Assembly (NCBI GenBank): GCA_963761335.1 | Contig: CAVXGR010000012.1 | Location: forward strand, 352,001 to 416,000 | Length of the DNA: 64,000 nt | DNA from: an uncultured delta proteobacterium | Lineage (GTDB): Bacteria; Desulfobacterota; Binatia; HRBIN30; BPIQ01 | Reading direction: 5' to 3' | Shown here: positions 47,066-57,715 of the stretch, piece by piece | How positions within the stretch are numbered: the stretch's first letter is position 1 | Layout: each line of letters begins with the position of its first letter | Translations under genes and position numbers: made by a program | The notes under the pieces: generated by a model | Seen by the model: the letters and a program-made list of their open reading frames with translations, nothing else | Databases searched by the model: none | Told to the model about the DNA's origin: nothing

Positions 47066-48475
47066 TCAGCCGGAGGGAATTCTCAGCACCTGGCCGGCGC
47101 GCACCACAGAGCCGCGCAGGCCGTTCGTGGCTTTGATGGCATGCACCGTGGTGCCGTAGCGCGCGGCGAGATGGCTGAGCGTCTGGCCGCGGCGAACCTT
47201 GTGCATCACGTACTGCCGCCGCTGCCGCTCGAACTTTTCCGCCGCGGCGATGCGCGCGTAGCGGCGCTCCACCTGCGCCGCTATCCCCCGCGGCACGCGC
47301 AGGGGATAGTTGCGCGGGATGCGCAGCTTGCCGGCACACACCTTGGCGGTCAGGGCGGGGTTCAGATCGATGAGCTCTTCGGGGCTGAGGTCCGCCGCCT
47401 TCGCGGCGACCCGCAGCGGCACGTAGTGGGGAAACTGCACCCAGTCAGTCGGCTTCGGCCGCGCCACCGGCATCGATCCGAAATGCTCGCGATAGCGGGC
47501 GTCCACCTCGACCGCCGCGATTAGCTCGGCGTAGAAGTTCCGCGAGGCGAAGCCGAAGGCCCGGCCGCGATAGCGCCGCACAATGGCGCCGATGTCGGTG
47601 GTGCCGAGCTCGTCGACTGCCCGCGCCATCCCCTGCGGGCCGTGGTTGTAGCCGGTGATCGCCAGAGGCCACGTGCCCAGGTTCTCGTAGGCGCGGCGCA
47701 GGAAGCGCGCTGCCGCGCGCCCGGCAATCACCGGATCGCGGCGCTCGTCGACGGCATCGCCAACCTGCATGAAGAGTCGCCCGGTCGCGGGCATGAACTG
47801 CCAGACGCCGGCGGCGCCCATCTTCGAGTAGGCATTCACGTTGAAGCACGACTCGACCAGGGCGAGACGGGTGAGCGCCAGCGGCACGCCCTCGTCGCGG
47901 AAGGCCGCTTCGATCTCCGGCAGGTAGCGCCGCGAGGTGGCGATGCCGGCGGCGAAGCGCTCTCGCAGTCCGCGCTGCGCCCGGATGCGGTCGCCGGCGT
48001 CGACGAGCTCGCCGCGATGCTCCGCCGGGAACAGCGCGGCGATCGTCTGCTCCATCGGCGAGAGATGCCCGGGGTCGGCGTCGCCGCTGTAGAGCCGTCG
48101 CATGGCGCCGCGGATCTCCTCCTTGCGATCGGTGATCGTCTGCTCGCGCACCGCGGCGATCTCGGCATCGCTCATGCCGCTGTTGCGCAGATCGCGAAAA
48201 TCGAGGACGCTGTAGATCCGCCGTAGGTCCTCGGTGTCGTGCAACACGACCTGGTCCTCCGAGTAGGTCGCGAATACGCTCTTCCAGAAATCGACCTGCG
48301 GGCGCACCGACTCGGGCACCGGCAGAAGCGGGCCGCCGACTTGGCTGAGGATGGTATCGGCCTGCTGAGCCGCCGCCGGCGTGCCTGCCAGGAGCACCAA
48401 GGCCAGCAGACCGAGCCCTGCCGCGACGCCTTTCCGGGCTTTCGCGCTACGCATTCTCTGTTTGCCTACCACCAC
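47066..48475 (-). CDS. mltD: Lytic murein transglycosylase with LysM domain (MltD-like)
   Basis: VESCF, GAAGVWQFMPATGR, VDERRDP, WPLAITGYNHG, C-terminal LysM (HKVRRGQTLS). Confidence 0.85.
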   Translation of the reverse strand: MVVGKQRMRSAKARKGVAAGLGLLALVLLAGTPAAAQQADTILSQVGGPLLPVPESVRPQVDFWKSVFATYSEDQVVLHDTEDLRRIYSVLDFRDLRNSGMSDAEIAAVREQTITDRKEEIRGAMRRLYSGDADPGHLSPMEQTIAALFPAEHRGELVDAGDRIRAQRGLRERFAAGIATSRRYLPEIEAAFRDEGVPLALTRLALVESCFNVNAYSKMGAAGVWQFMPATGRLFMQVGDAVDERRDPVIAGRAAARFLRRAYENLGTWPLAITGYNHGPQGMARAVDELGTTDIGAIVRRYRGRAFGFASRNFYAELIAAVEVDARYREHFGSMPVARPKPTDWVQFPHYVPLRVAAKAADLSPEELIDLNPALTAKVCAGKLRIPRNYPLRVPRGIAAQVERRYARIAAAEKFERQRRQYVMHKVRRGQTLSHLAARYGTTVHAIKATNGLRGSVVRAGQVLRIPSG

Positions 48476-48508
48476 TTGCCGCCCCCACCTCAGGACAGGT
48501 TGGCAGAG

Positions 48509-48536
48509 ATCGTAGCCCAGCCGCGGCGGCTGTCAA
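48509..48536 (-). promoter_or_regulatory. Sigma70-type promoter upstream of the mltD-like gene
   Basis: TTGACA-16 nt-TACGAT on the minus strand. Confidence 0.55.
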
Positions 48537-48579
48537 CGGGATTCTTTGGCGCCCGGCCTCGTTCCACCGGCGCCGGAGA

Positions 48580-48969
48580 TCAGCTGCTCAGCACCTGGCG
48601 AACCGCGGCCAGGATCTGATCCCCCCAGAGCGGCTTGGTGACGTAGGCATCGGCGCCCAGGCGGCGCACGAACTCGACGGTGTCTTCCTCGCTGCGACCG
48701 CTGACGACGACGATCTTGGGGCGCGCGGGCGGCGTCTGCGGGTCCGAGAAGGCCCGGCGCCGCAGGCTGCGAATCACCTCCCAGCCGTTCACGCCCGGCA
48801 TCTGCAGGTCGAGCACGATGACGTCGACGCGGTTGCTCGCCATCAGGTCGGGAACATCGCAGCCGTCGGCCGTGGTCAGTACGGAGAAGCCGCCGCGCTT
48901 CAGGGTTCGTCCCAGTAGGCTGAGGAACTTGGCGTCGTCATCGACGACCAGCACGGTGGGAGCTCTCAT
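48580..48969 (-). CDS. Single-domain response regulator
   Basis: VLVVDDD, LDLQMPGVNG, VSG, TKP. Confidence 0.88.
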   Translation of the reverse strand: MRAPTVLVVDDDAKFLSLLGRTLKRGGFSVLTTADGCDVPDLMASNRVDVIVLDLQMPGVNGWEVIRSLRRRAFSDPQTPPARPKIVVVSGRSEEDTVEFVRRLGADAYVTKPLWGDQILAAVRQVLSS

Positions 48970-49038
48970 TCTCGGATTCGTCCTTCCGGTCACCGGGGGG
49001 GAATGGGCCGTCGATCGCGGTCCAGCGTGCCGTTCTGT

Positions 49039-50520
49039 TTAGCACGTCGCCGTAGCGTGCGCGATGGGCAGAAGAACGTCGAACTGCGCCCCGCCGGTCG
49101 GGGCGGAGGAAACGGTGAGGACACCGCCGTGTTGGCGGACGATCCCGTAGGAGACGCTCAGCCCAAGCCCGGTGCCGCGGCCGACATCCTTGGTGGTGAA
49201 GAACGGATCGAAGATCCTGTCGAGGTGCTCGGGCGCCACTCCGGGACCGTCGTCGCGAACTCGAACCCGCACCGCTGCCGGCTGCGCTTCCCATGGGGAC
49301 TCGAGGGCGGTCTCGACCCAGATATTGCCGCGCCCGCCGACGGCGTCGGCGGCGTTAAGCAGCAGGTTCAGAAACACCTGGGCCAGGGGTCCGGGACGGC
49401 CGCGCACCTCGGGAACCGCACCGAGCTGCAGATGGATGCGGATGCGATCCGCAAAGCGGTGCCGCAGAAGCGCCGCCGTACGGCGCACGACAGCGGTGAC
49501 GTCCACCGACTGCATCTCGGGGGAGCGGTCGCCTTGCGCAAAGAGCTGCAGGTCGCCGACGATCTGCTTTGCCCGGCGCACACCTTCCTCGCAATCGGCG
49601 AGCGCCTCCGGCAGCTCCGCCATCGCCTCCTCCAGGTCGCGCTCGTCGCTCGCTCGGCGTCCGGCGCCGCCGGCGAGCGGCTCCGCGGCTTCCGCCACGG
49701 CCATCAGCCGGCCGCAGTAGCGGCGCAGGTGCTCGACGTTGGCGGAGACGAAGCTCAGCGGATTGTTGAGCTCGTGGGCCACGCCGGCGACCAGCTCTCC
49801 GAGCGCCCGCATCTTCTCCACATGCACCAGCTGCGTCTCCGTTTGCTGCAAGCGGGCATAGGCGGCCGCCAGATCATCGCGTGCTCGCCGCAGCGATTCC
49901 ACCGTCTCCCGCAGCTGGCAATTGCTCTCCGCCAGCGCCTCTTCGCCGCGGCGCATGCGCGCCGAGATGTAGCCGCCGACAAAGACGAGCAGAGCCAGAC
50001 AGTAGAGCAGGAAGACGAGCCATACGGCGCCGGACAAGCTGGCAGCGGCGCCACCGGTGCCGGCGAATCCGGGTGCGAACAGAGGACCGAAGGTGACCAT
50101 GCCGGCCGCCGCCAGCAGCAGCAGGCCGCCAAAGCCGGCGCCCGCGAGCACCACGCTCCACAGTCCGGCGCGGAAGTCGAGCAGCAGCGCCGTGGCGACC
50201 GCCTGGACCGTGTACATCATCAGGAACGGGCTTTCACCGCCGCCAGTGCTCGCCACGACATAGGTGATGAGCAAGTGATCGAGGGGGACGGCGATCACGG
50301 TCACCGCCAGCACGTGATGCCGCCGCCGCAGATAGCGGTAGTTCACGCCGTTCATCAGGGCACCGGCCACCGCCGCCAGGGTACATCCCCTCATCTGCGG
50401 GAAGAGGCCCAGTGGATGCGCGGCCACCGCCAGAGCGAAAAAACCGCCGATCACCAGCCAGCGCACCCACACGGCCCAAAGCAGCCGGTGCGGATCTCTC
50501 GTCCATGCGAGATCTACCAC
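49039..50520 (-). CDS. Membrane sensor histidine kinase (NtrB-like)
   Basis: Multiple TM helices; AGVAHELNNPL, QVFLNLLLNA, FDPFFTTK, GTGLGL. Confidence 0.9.
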   Translation of the reverse strand: MVDLAWTRDPHRLLWAVWVRWLVIGGFFALAVAAHPLGLFPQMRGCTLAAVAGALMNGVNYRYLRRRHHVLAVTVIAVPLDHLLITYVVASTGGGESPFLMMYTVQAVATALLLDFRAGLWSVVLAGAGFGGLLLLAAAGMVTFGPLFAPGFAGTGGAAASLSGAVWLVFLLYCLALLVFVGGYISARMRRGEEALAESNCQLRETVESLRRARDDLAAAYARLQQTETQLVHVEKMRALGELVAGVAHELNNPLSFVSANVEHLRRYCGRLMAVAEAAEPLAGGAGRRASDERDLEEAMAELPEALADCEEGVRRAKQIVGDLQLFAQGDRSPEMQSVDVTAVVRRTAALLRHRFADRIRIHLQLGAVPEVRGRPGPLAQVFLNLLLNAADAVGGRGNIWVETALESPWEAQPAAVRVRVRDDGPGVAPEHLDRIFDPFFTTKDVGRGTGLGLSVSYGIVRQHGGVLTVSSAPTGGAQFDVLLPIAHATATC

Positions 50521-50610
50521 GTTTCATCTCCCTTCCCTGGAGAGGATTTGCGGAGATTAGCTGCGGCTGCCGCCTTCGTCCAGCCGCAAAAGCGCTGCGC
50601 CGCCCTCAGC

Positions 50611-50639
50611 TTGACAAGGTATGGGGTGCATATTAGTTT
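50611..50639 (+). promoter_or_regulatory. Sigma70-type promoter of the htpX operon
   Basis: TTGACA-17 nt-TAGTTT. Confidence 0.6.
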
Positions 50640-50734
50640 CGGGATGTTTCTTGCTAGAGAAGTCCGCACACCGATCGCCACGGCAAATAAAATCAACGGC
50701 TGATCGTCTGAACGGCTAGAAGGAGTCGCCAGAA

Positions 50735-51583
50735 ATGTCCAATGCCATCAAGACCACGCTGCTGCTCGGCGTCCTGACCGGAATCATCCTCTGGTTTGGT
50801 CAGTTCATGGGCGGGAGGTCTGGCTTGATGATCGCCTTCATCTTTGCCGGGGTGATGAACTTCGGCAGCTACTGGTTCTCGGACAAGATCGTGCTGCGCA
50901 TGTACAGAGCCCGGCCGGTCGACATGAACGACGCGCCCGAGCTCTACCGGATCGTGCAGAACCTCTCCGTCAAGGCGCAGATTCCGCTGCCGCGCATGTA
51001 CGTCATCGACAGTCCGGCACCCAATGCCTTCGCCACCGGGCGAAATCCGGCGCACGCCGCGGTCGCCGTCACCAGCGGCATTCTGCGCATGATGAGCGCC
51101 GACGAGCTCGAGGGCGTCCTCGCCCACGAGCTCAGCCACGTGCGCAACCGCGACATTCTGATCAGCTCGGTCGCCGCGACGTTGGCGGGGGTGATCATGA
51201 TGTTGGCCAGCATGGCGCGCTGGGCGGCGATCTTTGGCGGCTTCCAGCGCGACGACCGCGAGGGCGGCGGCGGGTTGCTCGGGCTGATCGCCATGGCGGT
51301 GCTGGCACCGGTCGCCGCGATGCTGATCCAGATGGCGATCTCCCGCTCCCGCGAGTACCAGGCGGACGCCAGCGGTGCGGCAATCACCCACAATCCGCAG
51401 GGTCTGGCTTCGGCTCTCGAAAAGCTCGGGCAGGCGAGCGGACGCCTGCAGCTCGACGCCTCGCCGCAGACGGCGCACATGTTCATCGTCAACCCCCTCA
51501 GTGGCCGCTCCATGGCGAACCTGTTCAGCACCCATCCGCCGCTCGAGGACCGCATCCAGCGGCTGCGCTCGATGGTGGTTTGA
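50735..51583 (+). CDS. htpX: Zinc metalloprotease HtpX
   Basis: [29 protein letters not shown]. Confidence 0.95.
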   Translation: MSNAIKTTLLLGVLTGIILWFGQFMGGRSGLMIAFIFAGVMNFGSYWFSDKIVLRMYRARPVDMNDAPELYRIVQNLSVKAQIPLPRMYVIDSPAPNAFATGRNPAHAAVAVTSGILRMMSADELEGVLAHELSHVRNRDILISSVAATLAGVIMMLASMARWAAIFGGFQRDDREGGGGLLGLIAMAVLAPVAAMLIQMAISRSREYQADASGAAITHNPQGLASALEKLGQASGRLQLDASPQTAHMFIVNPLSGRSMANLFSTHPPLEDRIQRLRSMVV

Positions 51584-51598
51584 CGGAGGCAAGCTTCG

Positions 51599-52024
51599 GT
51601 GGTCGAGGAGAAGGAAGAACGCGGCTTCAAGGTGTCGGACCGGCGGCGGTTCTCGGAGAGCGGAGAGCCCCGCGACGAGGTCCCCGAAGGGCGCCAAGAG
51701 GCGCCCTCGGACGCGGCATTCGCGTCGAACGCCGCGTCCGAATCATTTGCGGCCGCGGACCTTGGCGGGGAAGCCCTGCCGGAGATGAGCTTCTCGACCT
51801 TCGTGATCAGCCTGAGCACGCAGGCCCTCATCCTTCTCGGCGAGGGAGCTCACCCGGACCATCCCGTCCAAGTCGACCTGGCCGGCGCCCAGCAACTGAT
51901 CGACATCATCGCGATGTTGCAGGCCAAGACCAGGGGAAATCTCGAGCCCTCGGAGATCGGTCTGCTGGACAATATTCTCTACGACCTGCGGATGAGATAC
52001 GTTCAACGCGCCCGCGGGAAGTAA
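51599..52024 (+). CDS. DUF1844 domain protein
   Basis: FKVSDRRRF, FSTFVISL, IDIIAMLQAKTRGNL, LYDLRMRYV. Confidence 0.85.
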   Translation: MVEEKEERGFKVSDRRRFSESGEPRDEVPEGRQEAPSDAAFASNAASESFAAADLGGEALPEMSFSTFVISLSTQALILLGEGAHPDHPVQVDLAGAQQLIDIIAMLQAKTRGNLEPSEIGLLDNILYDLRMRYVQRARGK

Positions 52025-52061
52025 TCGACTCATCGACACACCACCCTATCTCGGAGGTTCC

Positions 52062-53600
52062 ATGAAAGACCGTCCCGGCTCGAGCCGCGTGAGCGCGCTC
52101 ATTCTCGTCGCCGCAATCGGATTCGCCAGCGGCGCCGCGTTCTTCCACGGCGGCGACGTGGCCCATGCCATCAGCTTCTGGGGCGAGAAGGAGCAAAAGG
52201 CCGCCGACACGCCGGCCGCCGCGGCCATCAAGCCGACGCCGCCGTCCGTCGCCGTGCAAGGGGCGACGTCGCTGCCGGACTTCGCCACGCTGGCGGAACA
52301 CCTGAGCCCCTCGGTGGTGAACATCTCGACCACCTCGCAACACGAAGCCCCGAGCGGTTTCGGGGGCATGCCGCAACCGTTCGGGCAGCAGGATCCCCAC
52401 GATTTCCTCGGACCATTCGAGCGCTTCTTCGGGGGCCCCATGCCGAAGCACCAGTTTCGGCAGAAGAGCCTCGGATCGGGCTTCATCATCAACAACGACG
52501 GGCTGATCCTCACCAACAACCACGTGATCGAGGACGCCGACGAGATCACCGTCCGCCTCGAGAACGGCAAAGAGGTCGATGCCAAGGTCATTGGCCGCGA
52601 TCCGAAGACGGACATCGCCGTGATCAAGGTCGACGGCGCTCAGGGAATCGAGCCGGTGGTGATGGGAGACTCCGACAAGCTGCGGGTCGGCGAGTGGGTG
52701 ATGGCGATCGGCAACCCCTTTGGTCTCGACCACACCGTGACCGCCGGCATCGTCAGCGCCAAGGGTCGGTACATCGGCCAGGGCAGCTACGACGACTTCA
52801 TCCAGACCGATGCCGCCATCAACCCGGGCAACTCCGGAGGGCCGCTGATCAACCTCCACGGCGAGGTCGTCGGCATCAACAGCGCCATCTTCAGCCGCAC
52901 CGGCGGCAACATCGGCATCGGCTTTGCGATCCCCATCAACCTGGCGAAGGAGCTGCTGCCGGAGCTGCAGGAGAAGGGCAAGGTCACGCGCGGCTGGCTC
53001 GGTGTGTTGATTCAGAAGGTGACACCCGAGATCGCCGAGTCTCTCGGGCTCCAGGAGCCGCATGGCGCACTGGTTGCCGACGTGATGAAGGGCGGTCCCG
53101 CCGAGGACGGCGGCATCCAGGTGGGCGACGTGATCGTCGAGTTCGACGGTCACCCGGTGAAGGAGTCCACCGAGCTGCCCATGCTGGTCGCCCGCACTCG
53201 GGTGGGCAAGAAGGTCGACGTCAAGGTGCTGCGCGACAAGAAGCCGACCATGCTGCAGGTCACCATCCAGGAGCTCAAGGAGGAGGAGACGGCCGCCAGC
53301 AGCGAGGAGAGCGAGGATCTCGGCCTCACCGTGCAGCCGCTCACCCCGGAGATCGCCGAGAGCCTCGGCATCGAAGGGGATGAGAAGGGAATGGTGATCA
53401 CCTCGGTCGAGAACGGCAGTCCCGCCGACGAGGCCGGCCTGCGCCGCGGCGACGTCATTCTCGAGGTGAACCGCAAGCCTGTCGGTGATCTCGGCGCCTA
53501 CCGCAAGGCCCTCCACTCCTCCGAGAAGGGCAAGAGTATCCTGCTGTGGGTCCGGCGCGGCGACAACACCATCTTCGTGGCCGTGAAACCCTCCCACTGA
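52062..53600 (+). CDS. DegP/DegQ (HtrA) serine endoprotease with two PDZ domains
   Basis: LGSGFII, TNNHV, DIAV, QTDAAINPGNSGGPL. Confidence 0.95.
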   Translation: MKDRPGSSRVSALILVAAIGFASGAAFFHGGDVAHAISFWGEKEQKAADTPAAAAIKPTPPSVAVQGATSLPDFATLAEHLSPSVVNISTTSQHEAPSGFGGMPQPFGQQDPHDFLGPFERFFGGPMPKHQFRQKSLGSGFIINNDGLILTNNHVIEDADEITVRLENGKEVDAKVIGRDPKTDIAVIKVDGAQGIEPVVMGDSDKLRVGEWVMAIGNPFGLDHTVTAGIVSAKGRYIGQGSYDDFIQTDAAINPGNSGGPLINLHGEVVGINSAIFSRTGGNIGIGFAIPINLAKELLPELQEKGKVTRGWLGVLIQKVTPEIAESLGLQEPHGALVADVMKGGPAEDGGIQVGDVIVEFDGHPVKESTELPMLVARTRVGKKVDVKVLRDKKPTMLQVTIQELKEEETAASSEESEDLGLTVQPLTPEIAESLGIEGDEKGMVITSVENGSPADEAGLRRGDVILEVNRKPVGDLGAYRKALHSSEKGKSILLWVRRGDNTIFVAVKPSH

Positions 53601-53613
53601 CGAACGGGGACAC

Positions 53614-53639
53614 GAGGCCAGGGGCGATCCCCTGGCCTC
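53614..53639 (+). terminator. Stem-loop after the HtrA gene (weak U-tract)
   Basis: gaggccagggg-cgat-cccctggcctc, 11-bp perfect stem. Confidence 0.45.
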
Positions 53640-53646
53640 TCGGTCG

Positions 53647-55980
53647 ATGCTGCGACGCCTCGCCTTAGCCACGGCGCTCCTCGCCCTCGCGGGGATCTCG
53701 GTCGCCGCGTTTCTGGGCTGGCGTTACTACCGCGAGCTCGACGCCGAGCTCGTCGAGAAGTTCTCCGGCCGGCGCTGGGACTTCCCCTCGAAGATCTACG
53801 CCGACTGGACGCTGCTCTATCCGGGGACCGACATCAAGGCGATCGGCCTCTGGGAACGACTGCGGCGGCTGCAGTACCGCACCGTGGACGGCGAGGTCGA
53901 GCACCCGGGAGAGGCGCATCGCGATCCGAAGACCGGCACAGTCGAGCTCTACCTGCGCGACTTCACCTACCCCGATGGGCGCCAGCCGCCGCGATCAGTC
54001 CGCCTTCAGCTGGACGGCTCGGTGATCCGCGCGATCACCGACGACTCCGGCGCCGACGTGATCTCGGTCGAGATCGAGCCGGAGCTGCTCGCCGGCCTCT
54101 ACGAGGGCAGCTGGGAGCAGCGTCGCGTCCTCACTCTCGACCAGCTTCCCGCCAACCTGATCAATGCCATCCTCGCCGTCGAGGATCGGCGATTCTTCAA
54201 GCACCACGGCATCGATCCGATGGGCGTGGCGCGTGCCCTGTGGGTCGACATCACCACCGGGCATCTGCTGCAGGGCGGCAGCACGCTGACCCAGCAGCTG
54301 ATGAAGAACTTCTTCCTCACCGAGGAGCGCACCATGAAGCGAAAGCTGCGCGAGGCCGCCATGGCGCTGATCGCCGAGCACCGCTACTCGAAGCGCGAGA
54401 TCCTCGAGAACTACATCAACGAGATCTACTTGGGGCAGAACGGCGCCCAGGGAATCTACGGCATGTGGGAGGCGGCGCGCTTCTACTTCCACAAGGAGCC
54501 GGTGGCGCTGACGCCGGCCGAGTGCGCGCTGCTGGCGGGGCTGATCCGCGCCCCGAACTACTACTCCCCGTTCGCCCACCCCGCACGCGCCCTGCGGCGC
54601 CGCAACTACGTTCTCCAGCAGATGCACAAAGGCGACCTGATCTCCAATACGGAGTTCGACGACGCCGTACGCGAGCCGATCACCGTGGTGCCCCCGCCGG
54701 AGGATCGCGCCGATGCGCCCTACTTCGTGGACTTCCTGCGCAAGGAGCTCGCCGCAACCTATCCTTCCGAGGTGCTCACCCGCGAGGGTCTCAGCGTCTT
54801 CACCGGCCTCGATCCGCAGCTCCAGCAGATCGCGGAGAAGTCGCTGCAGAAAGGCCTCAACGATCTCGAGCGCCGCTATCCCCGCCTCGTTCGCGGCGAG
54901 CAGCGCATCCAGGGATGTCTGATCGCGATTCAGCCGCAGACCGGTGAGATCAAGGCGATGATGGGCGGCCGCGACTATCGCAGCACACAGTTCAACCGGG
55001 TCATCCAGGCATTCCGCCAGCCGGGGTCCGTATTCAAGCCTTTCACGTATATCGCCGCCCTCGAGCACGCCCCGGGGGAGCCGCGCATTCTGCCGACCAC
55101 GGTTCTCGACGACGAGCAGTTCACCTGGCAGTACGGCGACAAGGAGTGGTCGCCGGCGAACTACAAGGACGTCTACTTCGGTGCGGTGACGGTGCGCCAG
55201 GCGCTGGAGCGCTCGCTGAACGCCGCCACCGCGCGGCTGGCGCAGGAGGTCGGCCTGGAACGCATTCGCGACGTGGCGCAGCGGATGGGCATCACCAGTC
55301 CCCTGCCCCTCTATCCGTCCATGGTCCTCGGAGCCGCCGACGTCTCGCCGATGGAGGTGGCGCAGGCATATGCCGTACTGGCCAACCAGGGGCTGCGCGC
55401 CCGGCCCCTGGCGGTGCGCAGCGTCATCGACCATCAGGGGCAGATCATCGAGCGCAACCCGGTGGAGATCGAACGCGCCATCAGCCCGCAGGTGGCCTAC
55501 CTGGTGACCCACCTGATGGAAGGCGTGATCGATCACGGCACCGGGGAAGGAGCGCGGGAGCTCGGCTTCAAACGGCCGGCCGCCGGCAAGACCGGAACCA
55601 CGAACGACAACCGCGACGCCTGGTTCGCGGGGTTCACTCCGGATCTCCTGGCCGTGGTGTGGGTCGGCTTCGACGAGCAGCGGCCGCTCGGGCTGACCGG
55701 CGCCCAGGCGGCGTTGCCGATCTGGACCGAGTTCATGAAGCAGGCCACCGCCGGCACCCCGGTTTCGCACTTCATCCCCCCGCCGGGAGTGCGCCTGGTG
55801 CGCATTGATCCGGACACCGGAGAGCTCGCCACGCCGGCGTGCCCGCGGGTCATCGAGGAAGCTTTTCTGGCCGGCGACGAGCCGACGACTCCCTGTTCGC
55901 GTCATGCTAGCCTGATCGTCGAGCCGGAAGACGTCCGGCCGCCGATCATGCCGGCAACCGAACCGATGGTGCGACCTTGA
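53647..55980 (+). CDS. mrcB: Bifunctional penicillin-binding protein 1B
   Basis: UB2H-like segment after the TM; EDRRFF.H.G, GGSTLTQQ, RKLRE; transpeptidase SVFK, SLN, KTG. Confidence 0.88.
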   Translation: MLRRLALATALLALAGISVAAFLGWRYYRELDAELVEKFSGRRWDFPSKIYADWTLLYPGTDIKAIGLWERLRRLQYRTVDGEVEHPGEAHRDPKTGTVELYLRDFTYPDGRQPPRSVRLQLDGSVIRAITDDSGADVISVEIEPELLAGLYEGSWEQRRVLTLDQLPANLINAILAVEDRRFFKHHGIDPMGVARALWVDITTGHLLQGGSTLTQQLMKNFFLTEERTMKRKLREAAMALIAEHRYSKREILENYINEIYLGQNGAQGIYGMWEAARFYFHKEPVALTPAECALLAGLIRAPNYYSPFAHPARALRRRNYVLQQMHKGDLISNTEFDDAVREPITVVPPPEDRADAPYFVDFLRKELAATYPSEVLTREGLSVFTGLDPQLQQIAEKSLQKGLNDLERRYPRLVRGEQRIQGCLIAIQPQTGEIKAMMGGRDYRSTQFNRVIQAFRQPGSVFKPFTYIAALEHAPGEPRILPTTVLDDEQFTWQYGDKEWSPANYKDVYFGAVTVRQALERSLNAATARLAQEVGLERIRDVAQRMGITSPLPLYPSMVLGAADVSPMEVAQAYAVLANQGLRARPLAVRSVIDHQGQIIERNPVEIERAISPQVAYLVTHLMEGVIDHGTGEGARELGFKRPAAGKTGTTNDNRDAWFAGFTPDLLAVVWVGFDEQRPLGLTGAQAALPIWTEFMKQATAGTPVSHFIPPPGVRLVRIDPDTGELATPACPRVIEEAFLAGDEPTTPCSRHASLIVEPEDVRPPIMPATEPMVRP

Positions 55981-56708
55981 AACGCGCGATCATTCTCATC
56001 GCCGCCTCGGCGGCGATGGCCGCCTGTGCCCCGCGCCGCTATCCGCCCATGCGCCTGCCGCCGCCGCGGCGCGGCGCGCCGGCAGTCGCCGGCGCCGAGC
56101 CGGGACCGAAGCTGCGCCAGCCGGAGGTCGTCGAGCAGCCCCTGGAGAGCACGCCCGAGCCGCCGTTGATCTTCACGCAGAAAGACCTGCCGAAATACGG
56201 GACTCCGGGGGGAGGCGGCCCGGAAACCGCCGCAACGGGCCAATTGCCGCCCGCCGCCGAGGAGCAGCCGAGCGCTCCGAAACCACCGACCATCCTCGCC
56301 TCGATCACCAAGGAGACACCGCCCCAGGAGGCCGCTTCCCTGCGGCTCGCCGATCAGGGAAGAGAGCTCTTCGAGCGCGGCGATCTGGAGGGCGCCCTCG
56401 ACCGACTCGAAAAGGCGGTGCGCGTCGATCCGAACGACCCGCACGGCTACTACTGGCTCGCCCAGGTGCACTTCCGGCGGGACCGGTACGACCAGGCGCT
56501 GGCCTTCGCCGACAAGGCGGCGCTGCTCTTCAGTCGCAGCAGCCCGCCGTGGGCCAGTCAGGCCTATGTCTTCAAGGGATTCGTCTTCGAAAAGATCGGC
56601 CGTTACGCCGATGCCCGCGAGGCCTACCGGAGCGCCCTGCAGGTGGAACCCGAAAACGCCGCGGCGATGAGCGGGCTCTCCCGCGTCGGCGGTTCGGGAG
56701 CGCCGTGA
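55977..56708 (+). CDS. TPR lipoprotein with a Pro-rich linker (LpoP-like PBP1B activator candidate)
   Basis: MAAC lipobox, Pro-rich region, C-terminal TPRs; overlaps the PBP1B stop. Confidence 0.7.
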   Translation: MKRAIILIAASAAMAACAPRRYPPMRLPPPRRGAPAVAGAEPGPKLRQPEVVEQPLESTPEPPLIFTQKDLPKYGTPGGGGPETAATGQLPPAAEEQPSAPKPPTILASITKETPPQEAASLRLADQGRELFERGDLEGALDRLEKAVRVDPNDPHGYYWLAQVHFRRDRYDQALAFADKAALLFSRSSPPWASQAYVFKGFVFEKIGRYADAREAYRSALQVEPENAAAMSGLSRVGGSGAP

Positions 56709-56713
56709 AGCGC

Positions 56714-57715
56714 ATGCGCATCCTGGCGATCGAGAGCTCCTGCGATGACACCGCGGCGGCGGTGATGGATGGGTCGGGGCTGCGCTCCAGCCTGGTCGCC
56801 TCGCAGGACGAGGTCCATCGCCGTTTCGGCGGTGTCGTCCCCGAGCTCGCCTCGCGCTCGCACATCCGCAGCATCATCCCGGTCGTCGAGGGCGCCCTCG
56901 CCCAGGCCGGTGTCGACCTCGCCCAGATCGAGGCGGTCGTGGCCACCTGCGGCCCCGGCCTGATCGGCTCCCTGCTCGTCGGCCTGTCGACCGCCAAAGC
57001 GATCGCCATGGGACGCAATCTGCCGTTCCTGGGCGTGAACCACCTGGAAGGACATCTCCTCTCGATTCAGCTCGATCAGGAGGTCGCCTTCCCGTATCTC
57101 GCCCTGCTGGTGTCGGGCGGGCACACGTCATTGTACGAGGCCCTGGAGCCGGGCCGCTATCGCCTGCTCGGCGCCACTCGCGACGACGCCGCCGGCGAGG
57201 CCTTCGACAAGGCCGCCAAGATCCTCGGCCTCGGGTATCCCGGAGGCCGCGTCATCGACCAGCTGGCGCGCAATGGCGATCCGACCTGCGTGCGTTTCCC
57301 GCGTGCCCGCCTGAAGAGCAGCCGGGGCGGCAGGGCATCTGATTTCAGCTTCAGCGGCATCAAGACGGCCGTGTGGCACTTCGTGCGCGAGGGCCGGGTC
57401 GACGGCCTCGGCCTGGAGAACGTCGCCGCCGCCTTTCAGGAAGCCATCGTCGACATGCTGCTCGAGACCACCATGGAGGCGGCGGAGATGCTCGGCTCGC
57501 AGCGCTTGGTGGTCGCCGGCGGCGTCTCCGCCAACTCGCGCCTACGGGCTCGCATGCAGCAGGCGGGCGCCGAGGCGGGGATCGACGTCTTCGTGCCGTC
57601 ACTGCGTTTCTGCACCGACAACGCCGCGATGATCGCCATCGCGGGACGCTACCACCTCGAGCGCGGAGAGCGGTCGCCGTTGAGCCTCAACGCCGACGCC
57701 GACCTCGAGCTCTGA
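56714..57715 (+). CDS. tsaD: tRNA N6-adenosine threonylcarbamoyltransferase
   Basis: IESSCDDT, GGVVPELASRSH, NHLEGH, VSGGHT, DDAAGEAFDK, CTDNAAMI. Confidence 0.97.
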   Translation: MRILAIESSCDDTAAAVMDGSGLRSSLVASQDEVHRRFGGVVPELASRSHIRSIIPVVEGALAQAGVDLAQIEAVVATCGPGLIGSLLVGLSTAKAIAMGRNLPFLGVNHLEGHLLSIQLDQEVAFPYLALLVSGGHTSLYEALEPGRYRLLGATRDDAAGEAFDKAAKILGLGYPGGRVIDQLARNGDPTCVRFPRARLKSSRGGRASDFSFSGIKTAVWHFVREGRVDGLGLENVAAAFQEAIVDMLLETTMEAAEMLGSQRLVVAGGVSANSRLRARMQQAGAEAGIDVFVPSLRFCTDNAAMIAIAGRYHLERGERSPLSLNADADLEL

